Source: Gracilinanus agilis (taxonomy: Eukaryota). Taken from it: 64,000 nucleotides of DNA. Below the pieces are notes generated by a model. The model was not told the origin of the DNA. It saw only the letters and a list, made by a program, of their open reading frames with translations, and made no database searches. A program made the position numbers and the translations under genes. The first letter of the stretch is position 1; every line of letters begins with the position of its first letter. The DNA is taken from the NCBI RefSeq assembly GCF_016433145.1, contig NC_058131.1:571734130-571798129 (forward strand). Reading direction: 5' to 3'. Shown in pieces: positions 1-10,149 of the stretch.

Positions 1-366
1 ACATTTGCAATTTAAAATATTATCTTGAATATTATCCAGTCCATAAAAACAAGAATTTTATCCCGTAAAATTCTAACAGAATTATTACATTTATATTCTA
101 AGTTACGGAAGTTAGGAAGACTATCATTTAGCACTTAAGTCTCTGGTGTTAGTGCCAATGGTTCATGAAGTACACAATACAAAAATGATTTAATTAGAAA
201 TGAACATTTCTTAAATAGCTACATTAAATTAAAGAATACAAATCCATGGAACTAGTATACAGTTTTTCTACTTTAGATGTAGAAATAGTAAGTATTAACT
301 TGTATATACAGTGTTAATTTTAGACATGTAGATTTTATTAAAAGTGCAATAAGTAATTTTTTATAC

Positions 367-406
367 CTCATAGAAAAATGGCTCTTTCTTTGTTTCTTCA
401 ATTGCT
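367..406 (-). CDS. ZWILCH: ZWILCH (RZZ kinetochore complex subunit) coding exon 2
   Basis: On the minus strand, tttctatttcag|AGCAATTGAA...TTCTATGAG|gtataa. This 40-nt exon continues exon 1 in phase (CA|A) and gives QAIEETKKEPFFYE, matching the recalled human (Q)KFNEEKKGIRKDPFLYE. Syntenic position. Confidence 0.8.
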
Positions 407-511
407 CTGAAATAGAAATGTTAAGATGAAGTTAAATTGACTGTTGGAATAAAAATAATCCACATTAGTATAAGGATTTAATGTTTAGAAAATGGCTTCC
501 TCACAATTGGT

Positions 512-757
512 AGGAAGCTAGGTGGTGCTGTGGATAGAGAACACTGGGCCCAACCAGGAAGATTTGGGTTGAAATCTAGTCTCAGATTTACTAGCTGTGT
601 GACTGTTAGCAGGGTCACTTAACCTATTTGCCTCAGTTTCTTCAACCGAGTAATGGGAGTAATAAACGAACTTATTTTCCTAGTTATTGTGAGGATCAAA
701 TGAGAAATTTGTAAACTGCCTAACACCATGCCCCGTAGAAAGTGCTTAATAAAATGC
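512..757 (+). mobile_element. MIR/MAR1-type CORE-SINE
   Basis: tRNA-like head (gctaggtggtgctgtggataga), core (ctagctgtgtgac...gcctcagtttc) and MIR-like tail (gtgaggatcaaatgag...gtgcttaataaa). Confidence 0.7.
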
Positions 758-784
758 TATTTTCTCCCTCCCTATATTACAAAG

Positions 785-1245
785 TACTCAAAGGAAAAGG
801 ACCAATATGCACAAAAATATTCATAACAGCTCTTTTTTTTAATGGCAAAGAACTGAAATTAGGAGAAATTGACTGAACGAATTATGTTATACTGTAAGAA
901 ATCATGAAAGGAACAATTCAAAGAAACCTAGGAAGATCTGTATGAACTAAAGCCAAATTAAGTAAGCGAAACCAGAACAATTTATAAACAATTACTGTAA
1001 AGATAAATCACTTTGAAAGACTTAGGGAATTCTGTCTGCTCAATGCAATGAACAACCCCTAATTTTAGAGACGAAGTACTGACAGAAGAGTCTCAAGATG
1101 CATGATGAGATAGTATATCTTGGATGTAACCAACCAATATGGAAATATTTTTTTGCTCAACTAGGTGTTAAAAACATTTTTTCTTTCCTTTTTTTTTTCC
1201 CAAAGGGGGAGGGCAAAATGAGGGAAAGAGAAAATAAATATTTGT
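785..1245 (+). mobile_element. Old L1 3' end fragment (ORF2 C-terminus/3'UTR)
   Basis: aaggaaaaggaccaatatgcacaaaaatattcataacagctct...aatggcaaagaactg resembles the other L1 3' ends in this window (e.g. 33600-33720). Confidence 0.6.
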
Positions 1246-1247
1246 AA

Positions 1248-1385
1248 GGGCAGCTAAGTGTATCAAGAGTCATGCCTAGAGACCAGGGACCCCTAGCTAG
1301 GCAAATCATTTAGCTCCCCACAGCCTAGCCCTTACCATTCTTCTGTTTTAGAACCAATACACAGTATTGATTCTAAGACAAAATG
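1248..1385 (+). mobile_element. SINE1_Mdo-type SINE, internally deleted
   Basis: Head gggcagctaagtg and tail gcctagcccttaccattcttctg...aaccaatacacagtattgattctaagaca. Confidence 0.7.
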
Positions 1386-2591
1386 GGAGGGGAGAGGGAG
1401 AAGTAATGAAAAGGAAGTTTGTTAATTAAAAAAAATCAGTAACTTTAATAGGTAGTATAAAAAAAAACCTCCATTTTGTGTATGAAAAATCTGAGGTTAA
1501 CATTATATACTTGAAATCTCCTTACTTCAAGCCCAGTGTTTTTTCTATTACTCCATATTAAGTATCTAAAGTTACTTTGACTGAAGAGTTAGAAATATTT
1601 TTTATCCCTAAGCAAAACTATCAAGACGAAGCACTAAGCAAAGGAAAACATAGGGACAACTGTAGGCTTAAGACTTCAACAAGAAAAAAAAAGAAAAATA
1701 TTAGATGGGCAAAAATAGAGAAAAATATAAATATGACTGCGAGAGGATAATATACCACTCACATTCATCCCAGATGTCATCTTGCAGGATGCAGGATAAC
1801 TTTTTTATCCGAGAGAAGGGAAGACTTAAGGGGGGGCGGGACGCGTGGAACAATCCAGAAGCAGGTGTCCAAGTTAATCGACTACATCGCGCAGTTGCAG
1901 TCATATACTACAGACTACAGCTGGATGCAATTTAATTTCATTAAGAGATTCTGATGGTGCAGGCTCAATAAACGTTTTCTGAACTGTATATTGTATCTTA
2001 CAAGAAGGAGTATCCTAATTTCAAAAACCCGAATAAAAAGTCTATTTCTAAAATCACCAAACAAAAAGGTCCCGTACCTCCCCCTTGCCCCCCACTCTCT
2101 TTCCTCGCAGAGAGCCTAAACCCAAATTAATGGAAAGGAGCAGCTGCACAGTTGTTCTCCTAAGCCGAGCTTAATCCTGGCAAACTCCTAGGGCTGCTGG
2201 TTGCTTAGGGCGCCAACCCTTCTTCTACAGATTAGGGGCCCGCGGAAGGGGGTTGGTTCCCAGCCCAGGCCCGTCCAACAGAGACAATAAGGGCAGCAGC
2301 AGCGATGGTTCTCAGGAGAGAGGCTCGCCCCCGGAAGCCCCCGATCTTGCCAGAAAGTCCTGGCAGTGGCTTCAGGCTGGGGAAACTAGCAGGGAACAGG
2401 TAATTAACGGCCCTGAATAAAGGGGGGGGGGAGAGGGGGGGAGGAGCGGGAGGCCTGAAGCCCGAGGCCCAAGGCGGGCAACGGCCTGGGCGAGTCGAGT
2501 GCTGAGCCCCTATTCATTGCCCGGATCGAGACGGAGAGCCAGACGAAGGGAAGGGCACCGAGAGACGCCACGGATCAGGGAGACAACTCAC

Positions 2592-2644
2592 TGAATGAGA
2601 AGGTTGTAGAGGCTCGCGGCCGCTAGATTCGTGTCGGGCAACAT
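2592..2644 (-). CDS. ZWILCH: ZWILCH coding exon 1
   Basis: Minus strand ATG at 2644 gives MLPDTNLAAASLYNLLIQ, then donor CA|gtgagttg. The 53 coding nt and N-x-A-A-x-x-[FL]-Y-x-x-L-[LI]-Q pattern match the recalled human MWERLNCAAEDFYSRLLQ. Lies in a CpG island, head-to-head with RPL4. Confidence 0.8.
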
Positions 2645-3155
2645 CGCGTCTCGAAGATGCTCGAAGAAGAGATGCTAGACGACGAGATACCAAGCCACGT
2701 CTGAGCTCTAGAACTCGCCCAGCCACTGACGTCACAGGGTCATGACTCGCCCCGCCCCAACCGGACTACATTGTGCCTTAAAAGGAACTAATGAGTCTTA
2801 TCCACTAATTTTTAAAATAATTTTTATTATACACAATGCGTTTTATCATGTAAATAATATATACTTCTCGTCTGAAAAAATAAATGCTAATAACTTCGAG
2901 GAAGATTTTTTACGCGTGACATCAGACCCCACCCCCTTTAGGATCACTCCGCAAAAAATGAGTTCCTGATGTCTAATCTATATTAGAGGCTTCAGGATTC
3001 TTTTAATAGACTAATTTTACTCATATAGCAATTAACTGTATATTTAGAAAATAAATATGGGTATATAAACGTTCCATTCCTTTTCATTGTTTCTTAGCTA
3101 GTATGGTGCGCAGGGGGAGGGATACATATAACTGTAAGTCGGTGCTCAGCATTTC
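2645..3155. promoter_or_regulatory. Shared (bidirectional) ZWILCH/RPL4 promoter
   Basis: About 510 bp between the ZWILCH ATG and the RPL4 TOP. Perfect CRE TGACGTCA 2727-2734, GC box at about 2750-2758, GGACTACA at 2763-2770, TATA-like CATATAA about 30 nt before the RPL4 start. Confidence 0.75.
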
Positions 3156-3168
3156 CTTTTCCTGTGGG
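3151..3168 (+). promoter_or_regulatory. RPL4: RPL4 TCT initiator / 5'-terminal oligopyrimidine (TOP) tract
   Basis: ATTTCCTTTTCCTGTGG, followed by a 5'UTR (gagaggagcgtggct...ccgccATG) that matches the recalled mammalian RPL4 leader. A downstream YY1-type GCCATCTT sits at 3384-3391. Confidence 0.85.
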
Positions 3169-3215
3169 AGCCATCGGGCGGAGAGGAGCGTGGCTCTTAC
3201 TCTCCGGTACCCGCC

Positions 3216-3218
3216 ATG
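3216..3218 (+). CDS. RPL4: RPL4 exon 1 (start codon only)
   Basis: ccgccATG|gtgagt. The ATG is joined to exon 2 (GCTTGT...) to give [15 protein letters not shown]. Confidence 0.95.
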
Positions 3219-4025
3219 GTGAGTGACTGTGTTTTTGAGGGACGTCCCCGAGTATAAGGATCTAGAATGAGAGAGTTGGGGCTCCGGACATCGGAATTCA
3301 GGCGAAAGGAAGGAGAGAGAGAAAAGCTAGAGTCCCGAAAAACGCCGCTTTTGGCGAGGGGTGGATGGTGTGGCAAAAGGGCAGCCATCTTAGAAGCAAC
3401 GTGTTCGCGGGAGCAGGCAAAAAAATTGGCATAGCTGCCAGGGTTTGCGATCTATGCGTTTATAAAGGATGAGGGCATCCAGTAATTGTTGGTCTGCCGA
3501 GCCTCTGGGGCTCAGAGCGGCCCAGATAAGGTAGAGCGCGTTTAGTGGAGGCTAGGACCCCATGTTGGAATGAACTTGAGGAAAGGGAGAGTGCTTTAGG
3601 CCTTTCTCTGTTTTAAAGTGTCGATGTCACATGGCCTTAGCAGGTTGTTTTTTTTTTTTTTAAACCGAGTCTGTAAGCTTGTCGGCAATAACGTAATTTA
3701 GTGCACTAAGCTTATGGTACAATAGGTAATTTTGTAATTTAATCCGATTGGTGCATTTTATCTCTTAATTGAAAGAGAACTGTAATATTGCTGTATTTAA
3801 TGGCGCTCTGACCTTATAGGAACTGGATTCAGAAAGTTTAACTTGGCTTACTTTGAATGAATCGCTAATAAAATCCAGCTGATTGCATTGAAATCTTAAA
3901 TAACATTTGACTCCTGCTTGCTTGTTAAATTGATTTGAAGATGTTCTATGGGACTGGTTCCATTTAAGTCTCTAAAAGAGACTTTGGAACATTAAAATTC
4001 CATGTTAAAAATTGCTGGGAAGACT

Positions 4026-4132
4026 CATTGCTATGATGTCGTAATTTGCGTCTTACCTAGCGTTCAGTGACAGTTGCCTGCTGTCAGTAAGCTGGCGCTT
4101 TCTGGGTGAAGACTACTTGTAACTGAGCAATG
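4026..4132 (+). ncRNA. SNORD16: C/D box snoRNA SNORD16 (U16) paralog, RPL4 intron 1
   Basis: Box C ATGATG 4033-4038. 18S-complementary guide GTAATTTGCG 4041-4050 followed by D' CTTA. U16 hairpin TGACAG-TTGCCTG-CTGTCA. C'-like GTGAAGA 4106-4112, box D CTGA 4123-4126, terminal stem CATTGC/GCAATG. Ends 70 nt before the 3' splice site. Confidence 0.88.
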
Positions 4133-4202
4133 TGTATGAGACTATGAGAAATAGAAAATGGCTAGTTTTCTGACTGATAATGTGTTCGTTTTTCCTTCTT
4201 AG

Positions 4203-4424
<222 letters not shown>

Positions 4425-4536
4425 TGAATTTTGGCTTCAAAAGCCAAAAAATGCACCCATATTTTAATTGAGGCTATAATTTAAAGTTTTGTATGAGTTG
4501 CCTGAGGTATGGCTGCAAAGGGAAGCTATTCAGTGC

Positions 4537-4618
4537 TACACAGAAATGATGAGATTTCCACTTCATTGGTCCGTGTTTCTGAACCACATGATTTTTCTGG
4601 AAGTTCTGATAGTGTGTA
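4537..4618 (+). ncRNA. SNORD18: C/D box snoRNA SNORD18 (U18), RPL4 intron 2
   Basis: Box C ATGATGA 4546-4552. Guide TTGGTCCGTGTTT is complementary to 28S AAACACGGACCAA. D' CTGA 4579-4582, box D 4606-4609, terminal stem TACACA/TGTGTA. Confidence 0.93.
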
Positions 4619-4646
4619 CTCTGTGCAATCACCTAGGTATTTTTAA

Positions 4647-4808
<162 letters not shown>

Positions 4809-4870
4809 TAATTAATTGGTTTTTTTGGTGGTTTTGTTTGTTTTCTAAAGATGATAAGAAATTAATGGTT

Positions 4871-5062
4871 GGGGGCAGGTAGGTGGCTCCATGAGTTTGA
4901 GAGCCAGGCCTAGAAATGAGGTCCTGGGTTCAAATTTGACCTCAGATACTTCTCCAGCTGTGTGGCCCTAAAGAGGTCAGCTAACCCCCATTTCCTAGCC
5001 CTTACTGCTCTTCCTTGGAACCAATTCACAGTATTGATTCTAAGACCTGAAGGTAAGGGTTA
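4871..5062 (+). mobile_element. SINE1_Mdo-type SINE in RPL4 intron 3
   Basis: Full head-to-tail match to the ~190-bp family repeated throughout the window. Confidence 0.85.
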
Positions 5063-5280
5063 ATTAAGAAAGAAAGAAATTAGTGATCAAAATTACTTTG
5101 TTATAAACCTGTATTTTATGGTAGTGGATATATGTGTGCTGTTCCTTAGGGCAATCTTACATGAAGTGATTAGTGAAATTGTGTGCTTAGGTATGTAAAG
5201 CATTTTCCATAGCTTTTATATAGTAAGCACTAAATACTTAATTGTAAAGAGGGACAGCTGTGACATAAATAAAAATTTAA

Positions 5281-5384
5281 CTTGCTGTGATGCTGTAATT
5301 TGCGCCTTACTCTGTTCTCAGTGACAGTTGCCTGCTGTCAATAAGCTGGTACAGAAGGTTGCTGAAAAAGTTTTTCTGAGCAAG
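5281..5384 (+). ncRNA. SNORD16: C/D box snoRNA SNORD16 (U16), RPL4 intron 3
   Basis: Box C GTGATG 5287-5292, guide GTAATTTGCGC 5295-5305 followed by D' CTTA, box D CTGA 5376-5379, terminal stem CTTGC/GCAAG. Close to the recalled human U16 along its whole length. Confidence 0.93.
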
Positions 5385-5448
5385 ACCTAAGTAAAAGTTT
5401 TCTGAATCTTTTAAGTGGTAAAATTTGGTTTCTTGACTGGAAAAATAG

Positions 5449-5709
<261 letters not shown>

Positions 5710-6294
5710 TAATGGAAATAAGATGGATTCTAATTCTGTCTTTGTCACCAACTTTGTGTGTGACTTTAAATATTGCCTGGGTTTGTTTCTTCATTATTAC
5801 AGAATCTTGTCTGGATTTATTTGTTCTTTTAGTCTACCTTGTGTCCAGTTCCCCCTATAAAGTGTTAGAACTGAAATTCTACCAAGTAAAGTCCATGTTT
5901 GGGGAACCAAGGATATTAGGGAAGGGAAGGAAGAAAGAATAAGCCTTTATGTGTCACCTATTATGTGCCAAGCACTACGCCAAATAGTTCATAGTAAATA
6001 TTTCAATTTAATCCATCTAAAGCATGATTGCTGTTTTGTCTTCCGTTTTACAGATGAGGAAACTTAACAGATTAAGTGACTTGGCTTAGGATCACACAGT
6101 AAGAGTCTGAGGCCAGATATTAGCTGTGGGCTTCCTGGTTGCCAGTTTTTTATTCAGCCACCAGCTGCCAAGGTCTAATAATTGACCATTGTATAAATTA
6201 ACTGTTTTGTGTCTTATAGTTGATATCAAATGCTTAGGGAAAATTTCTTGAACTTTTACTATGGAATAGTTGTATATTCAATATAACTAATTGA

Positions 6295-6435
<141 letters not shown>

Positions 6436-7072
6436 TAATTGGACACACTGATTCATTTCTTACCATAGTGGTACATCTAAAATAATAAAATGTTCGGATT
6501 TTATTTAAATCTTATTAGAAGTGGTATACCTTAATGATATAGATTTGGAAATTAAGAGGACTTCCTTAACCTTGAAACATAATACTTTTGTAAGTCACTT
6601 AACCTCATGTAAATAAGCCCTTTTTTCTATAAGATGAAATTTCTAATCCATGTGGAAACCTTTATAATGGACAAAGTGCTAGAGATACAAATACAAAAAT
6701 GAAAAGTGTTTGCCTTCAAGGAGCTTGCATTCCATCAGGCAAGGGGACTTTTAGACACAGGATAATTTTGGAAGTGAAGAATCTAATGGGTGAATTGGGA
6801 GTGTTCATCTTAGGGGACCCCATTCTGAAAGAAGTAAAGGATCCTCTGATATGAAAGTCAAGGGAGCAGTTACAGGTATGAGAAATATCCCAGTGCAAAG
6901 GCATGGGGCAGGGTGGGGGGGGGGTGGAGACATGAAGAAAAAGGCCAAAAGAGTCAGTTTGGCTGGACCCTGCGGGGTAGGAAGTTGAAATTGAAAAGAT
7001 AGGTTAGCTTTCAGGAATCCAGTTTAGTCACATCAGAGTAAAATTGGTTTCTTGCATCCAGATATGGGGGAA

Positions 7073-7154
7073 CAGCCTTGTAATGATGATATTCCACTTC
7101 ATGGTCCGTGTTTCTGAAACAAAGTGATTTTGTGGAAGTTCTGAAACTTGGTTG
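7073..7154 (+). ncRNA. SNORD18: C/D box snoRNA SNORD18 (U18), RPL4 intron 5
   Basis: Box C ATGATGA 7083-7089, guide TGGTCCGTGTTT followed by D' CTGA 7114-7117, C' GTGATT, box D CTGA 7141-7144. Weak terminal stem CAGCC/GGTTG. Confidence 0.88.
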
Positions 7155-7302
7155 GTGGGCTTTTAATAAACTGGAAAAAATTTAAATCTGTAATGCATTA
7201 ATTTTCAGTTTCTGAGGTTAATTGTTCCTTATTGCTATTTAAAATGTGAAATTCTACAATTAGGTTGCCCCTTGAAAGACATTTCATTTTTCTTTCATTT
7301 AA

Positions 7303-7542
<240 letters not shown>

Positions 7543-7646
7543 TGAGCAACTTTTTTTCATAGATCTCTTGAACTTAATCACACTTGAAGCCTTTTTCTTC
7601 CCGAGTATGATGTACCAGAGCTTAAGGTTCACTGGCATAACTTGTA

Positions 7647-7844
7647 TTTTTTAAAACTCTTACCTTCCATCTTAGAATCAGTACTGTGTATTGGTTCCAA
7701 GGCAGAAGAGCAGTAAGGGCTAGGCAATGGGGTTAAGTGACTTGCCCAGGGTCACACAGCTGGGAAGTGTCTGAGGCCAGATTTGAACCTAGGACCTCCC
7801 GTCTCTAGGCCTGGCTCTCAATCCACTGAGCCACCCTGCTCCCC
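7647..7844 (-). mobile_element. SINE1_Mdo-type SINE, RPL4 intron 6
   Basis: Near-consensus reverse-complement copy with a poly-T tail at the left end. Confidence 0.9.
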
Positions 7845-7869
7845 ATCTCCCATCATTGACATAACTTTT

Positions 7870-8044
7870 TTTTTTTTAAACCCTTAACTTCTGTGCATTG
7901 ACTTAGAAGTGGAAGAGTGGTAAGGGTAGGCAATGGGGGTCAAGTGACTTGCCCAGGGTCACACAGCTGGGAAGTGTCTGAGGACGGATTTGAACCTAGG
8001 ACCTCCCGTCTGGCTGTCAATCCACTGAGCTACCCAGCTGCCCC
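7870..8044 (-). mobile_element. Second SINE1_Mdo-type SINE (shorter-tail subfamily), RPL4 intron 6
   Basis: Flanked by a 16-bp TSD CATTGACATAACTTTT at 7854-7869 and 8045-8060. Confidence 0.9.
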
Positions 8045-8120
8045 CATTGACATAACTTTTAAAGATTATAGTTGCATTAAAGTAAGACTTAAGAAGTTTT
8101 TTCTCTGAATATAGAAAAGT

Positions 8121-8190
8121 CTTATAATGAAGAGATTCCATTTCATGGTCTCGGTTTCTAAAACATGATTCTGTTGGATGTTCGATAATT
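8121..8190 (+). pseudogene. SNORD18: Decayed SNORD18 (U18) copy, RPL4 intron 6
   Basis: Colinear with the intact copies but damaged at every element: box C ATGAAGA, guide GGTCTCGGTTT (versus GGTCCGTGTTT), D' CTAA, box D TTCGA (T lost). Confidence 0.8.
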
Positions 8191-8338
8191 GGCCAGTGCC
8201 AATAGCTGCAGGGGAAAGAACTTTGTGGCATATAATTACACTTAACTCTAACAGTTTTGTTTTTTTTTTAAGTCCCCCTTGTGTATTTGGCATACAAAAA
8301 AAGTTAGTGGTTAATATTTGAAACACTCTACCTTACAG

Positions 8339-8495
8339 GTATTACTCTCCTTAATGTGAGCAAATTAAACCTATTGAGACTTGCTCCTGGTGGGCATGTT
8401 GGGCGTTTCTGTATTTGGACTGAAAGTGCCTTCCGTAAGTTGGATGAGCTGTATGGTACATGGCGCAGGCCTGCTACCCTGAAGAGTCACTACAA
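8339..8495 (+). CDS. RPL4: RPL4 exon 7
   Basis: cag|GTATTACT...TACAA|gtaagt, 157 nt, [52 protein letters not shown]. Confidence 0.98.
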
Positions 8496-8546
8496 GTAAG
8501 TGTTTTCAAAATTAGTATTTAGTATTACTGAAATAAGGAAATTAGC

Positions 8547-8617
8547 AGAAATGATGAGTTTCCACTTCATTGGTCCGTGTTTCTGAAGCCTGTGATTTTA
8601 GTGGAAGTTCTGATTCT
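8547..8617 (+). ncRNA. SNORD18: C/D box snoRNA SNORD18 (U18), RPL4 intron 7
   Basis: Box C ATGATGA 8551-8557, guide TTGGTCCGTGTTT followed by D' CTGA 8583-8586, box D 8610-8613, terminal stem AGAA/TTCT. Confidence 0.92.
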
Positions 8618-8713
8618 CATCTTTGGCAAAATTCAACTCAAATTGTCAGGATTTTCAGTTTAACCACAAAACAGCATGATTTCATAAGAAACGTGAATTT
8701 TCTCCCCTTTCAG

Positions 8714-8797
8714 CCTTCCAATGCACAAGATGACCAACACAGACCTTACCAGGATTTTGAAAAGCCCAGAAATCCGTAGGGCCCTCCGCGCACCACG
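8714..8797 (+). CDS. RPL4: RPL4 exon 8
   Basis: cag|CCTTCCA...CCACG|gtaaat, 84 nt, [28 protein letters not shown]. Confidence 0.97.
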
Positions 8798-8884
8798 GTA
8801 AATGTTAACTACTTTTCACATAATTATTGGCATCTAACCTAATAGTAGTTGTAGCTTGACTTTAGTTTGTTAGTGATGGACTGA

Positions 8885-9067
<183 letters not shown>

Positions 9068-9139
9068 TAAATAAATATATATGGTTTTGTTCTTTCATGC
9101 AATTTTTTTGGTTCTCATTTTCTTTCCAAACTTTTGCAG

Positions 9140-9394
9140 CGGAGAATCAGAGAAAACAAAAGAGCTGCTGCACTAAAGAAGATTATGGAGGCAAAGAAGG
9201 CAATAGATGAAAAGAAAAAGAAAAAGCTTGGTGGTAATAAGAAGCTTGGAGGAGCAAAGAAGGTTACTGGGCAGAAGAAGCCAGCTGAAAAGAAGATTGG
9301 AGAAAAGAAGCCTCCAGCAGCAAAGAAACCTGCTGCAGAAAAGAAGCCTGCTTCAGAAAAGAAACCACCTGCCCAGAAGAAACCTGCAGCATAA
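9140..9394 (+). CDS. RPL4: RPL4 exon 10 (Lys/Ala/Pro-rich C-terminal tail, stop)
   Basis: cag|CGGAGA...GCAGCATAA. Total CDS is 1293 nt = 430 aa. Confidence 0.95.
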   Translation, partial: RRIRENKRAAALKKIMEAKKAIDEKKKKKLGGNKKLGGAKKVTGQKKPAEKKIGEKKPPAAKKPAAEKKPASEKKPPAQKKPAA

Positions 9395-9458
9395 ACTCAC
9401 CTTACCAGTTTATCCATTGGGCCACAAATCCATTATGTTAAATGGCAAATTTCTAATG

Positions 9459-9464
9459 AATAAA
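9459..9464 (+). terminator. RPL4: RPL4 poly(A) signal
   Basis: AATAAA 65 nt after the stop codon. Confidence 0.8.
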
Positions 9465-10149
9465 TATTCTAAGTGGCTTTGGGGGAAAAAAAAACCTGAA
9501 AAACAATTTGTGTTTCATTCTTTTCATAAATACAAGCTTTCAAAGGCCTCTATTACATAACAAGGGTTGTTTCATGTCAGTATTAATGGCTAACCAATAC
9601 TTTATTCTAGTTGCTGGGTAAAATGCACACAAAAGTGGAGAACTTGCTATTTTGACCAGTCAAAAGTTAGGGGGCTGCTCAGTACTGCCAATACAAAACA
9701 CGTTCCATAAGGGAGTCTTCCCAGGGGTGAGGCGAGATGTACAATAAACCTGAGATTCCTTGGGGGAGGGCCAGGGAAAACCCGGCGAGAATAATCTGGA
9801 GATGGTATGCTGTAGATCTGGTACTGAAGAGCATAGAATGGCTTGGGGTCAGCAGGAGGTGGTGGCCCAGTCACCGCTAGGGGGCCTCCTTGTCCTAGGA
9901 GATGGCTCTGCACAGCAGGGGTCGCTGCGCTCCCAATAGTACAGACATGGAAGGCCCTCTAGCTTCCTGCATGTGAAACGTCACGCTGTGAGCGACTTCC
10001 ATATGGGGGCGGGCTCCTAGGTTCGGGACTCTACTGCCTACGAAATGCTGGTCAGTTTCTCCAAGCTGGTACCTCAACCTGGGTCCAAACTCCCAATGTG
10101 CTGATAGAAGGGCAATGGGGCTGCCTCTTACTAGATTCTGGGGGAAAAG

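Noticed and set aside
1-366. ZWILCH exon 3
   Set aside because: No minus-strand segment resembling the expected ADVQVQLISKG-type peptide with splice sites. It probably lies outside the window.
2514-2735. 73-aa minus-strand ORF over the ZWILCH start
   Set aside because: GTG start, in a different frame from the ATG at 2644, and it runs through the donor at 2591. It is a by-product of GC-rich sequence.
9207-9560. 117-aa alternative-frame ORF over RPL4 exon 10
   Set aside because: It is a shifted reading of the low-complexity AAG/GCA repeats, with no independent support.
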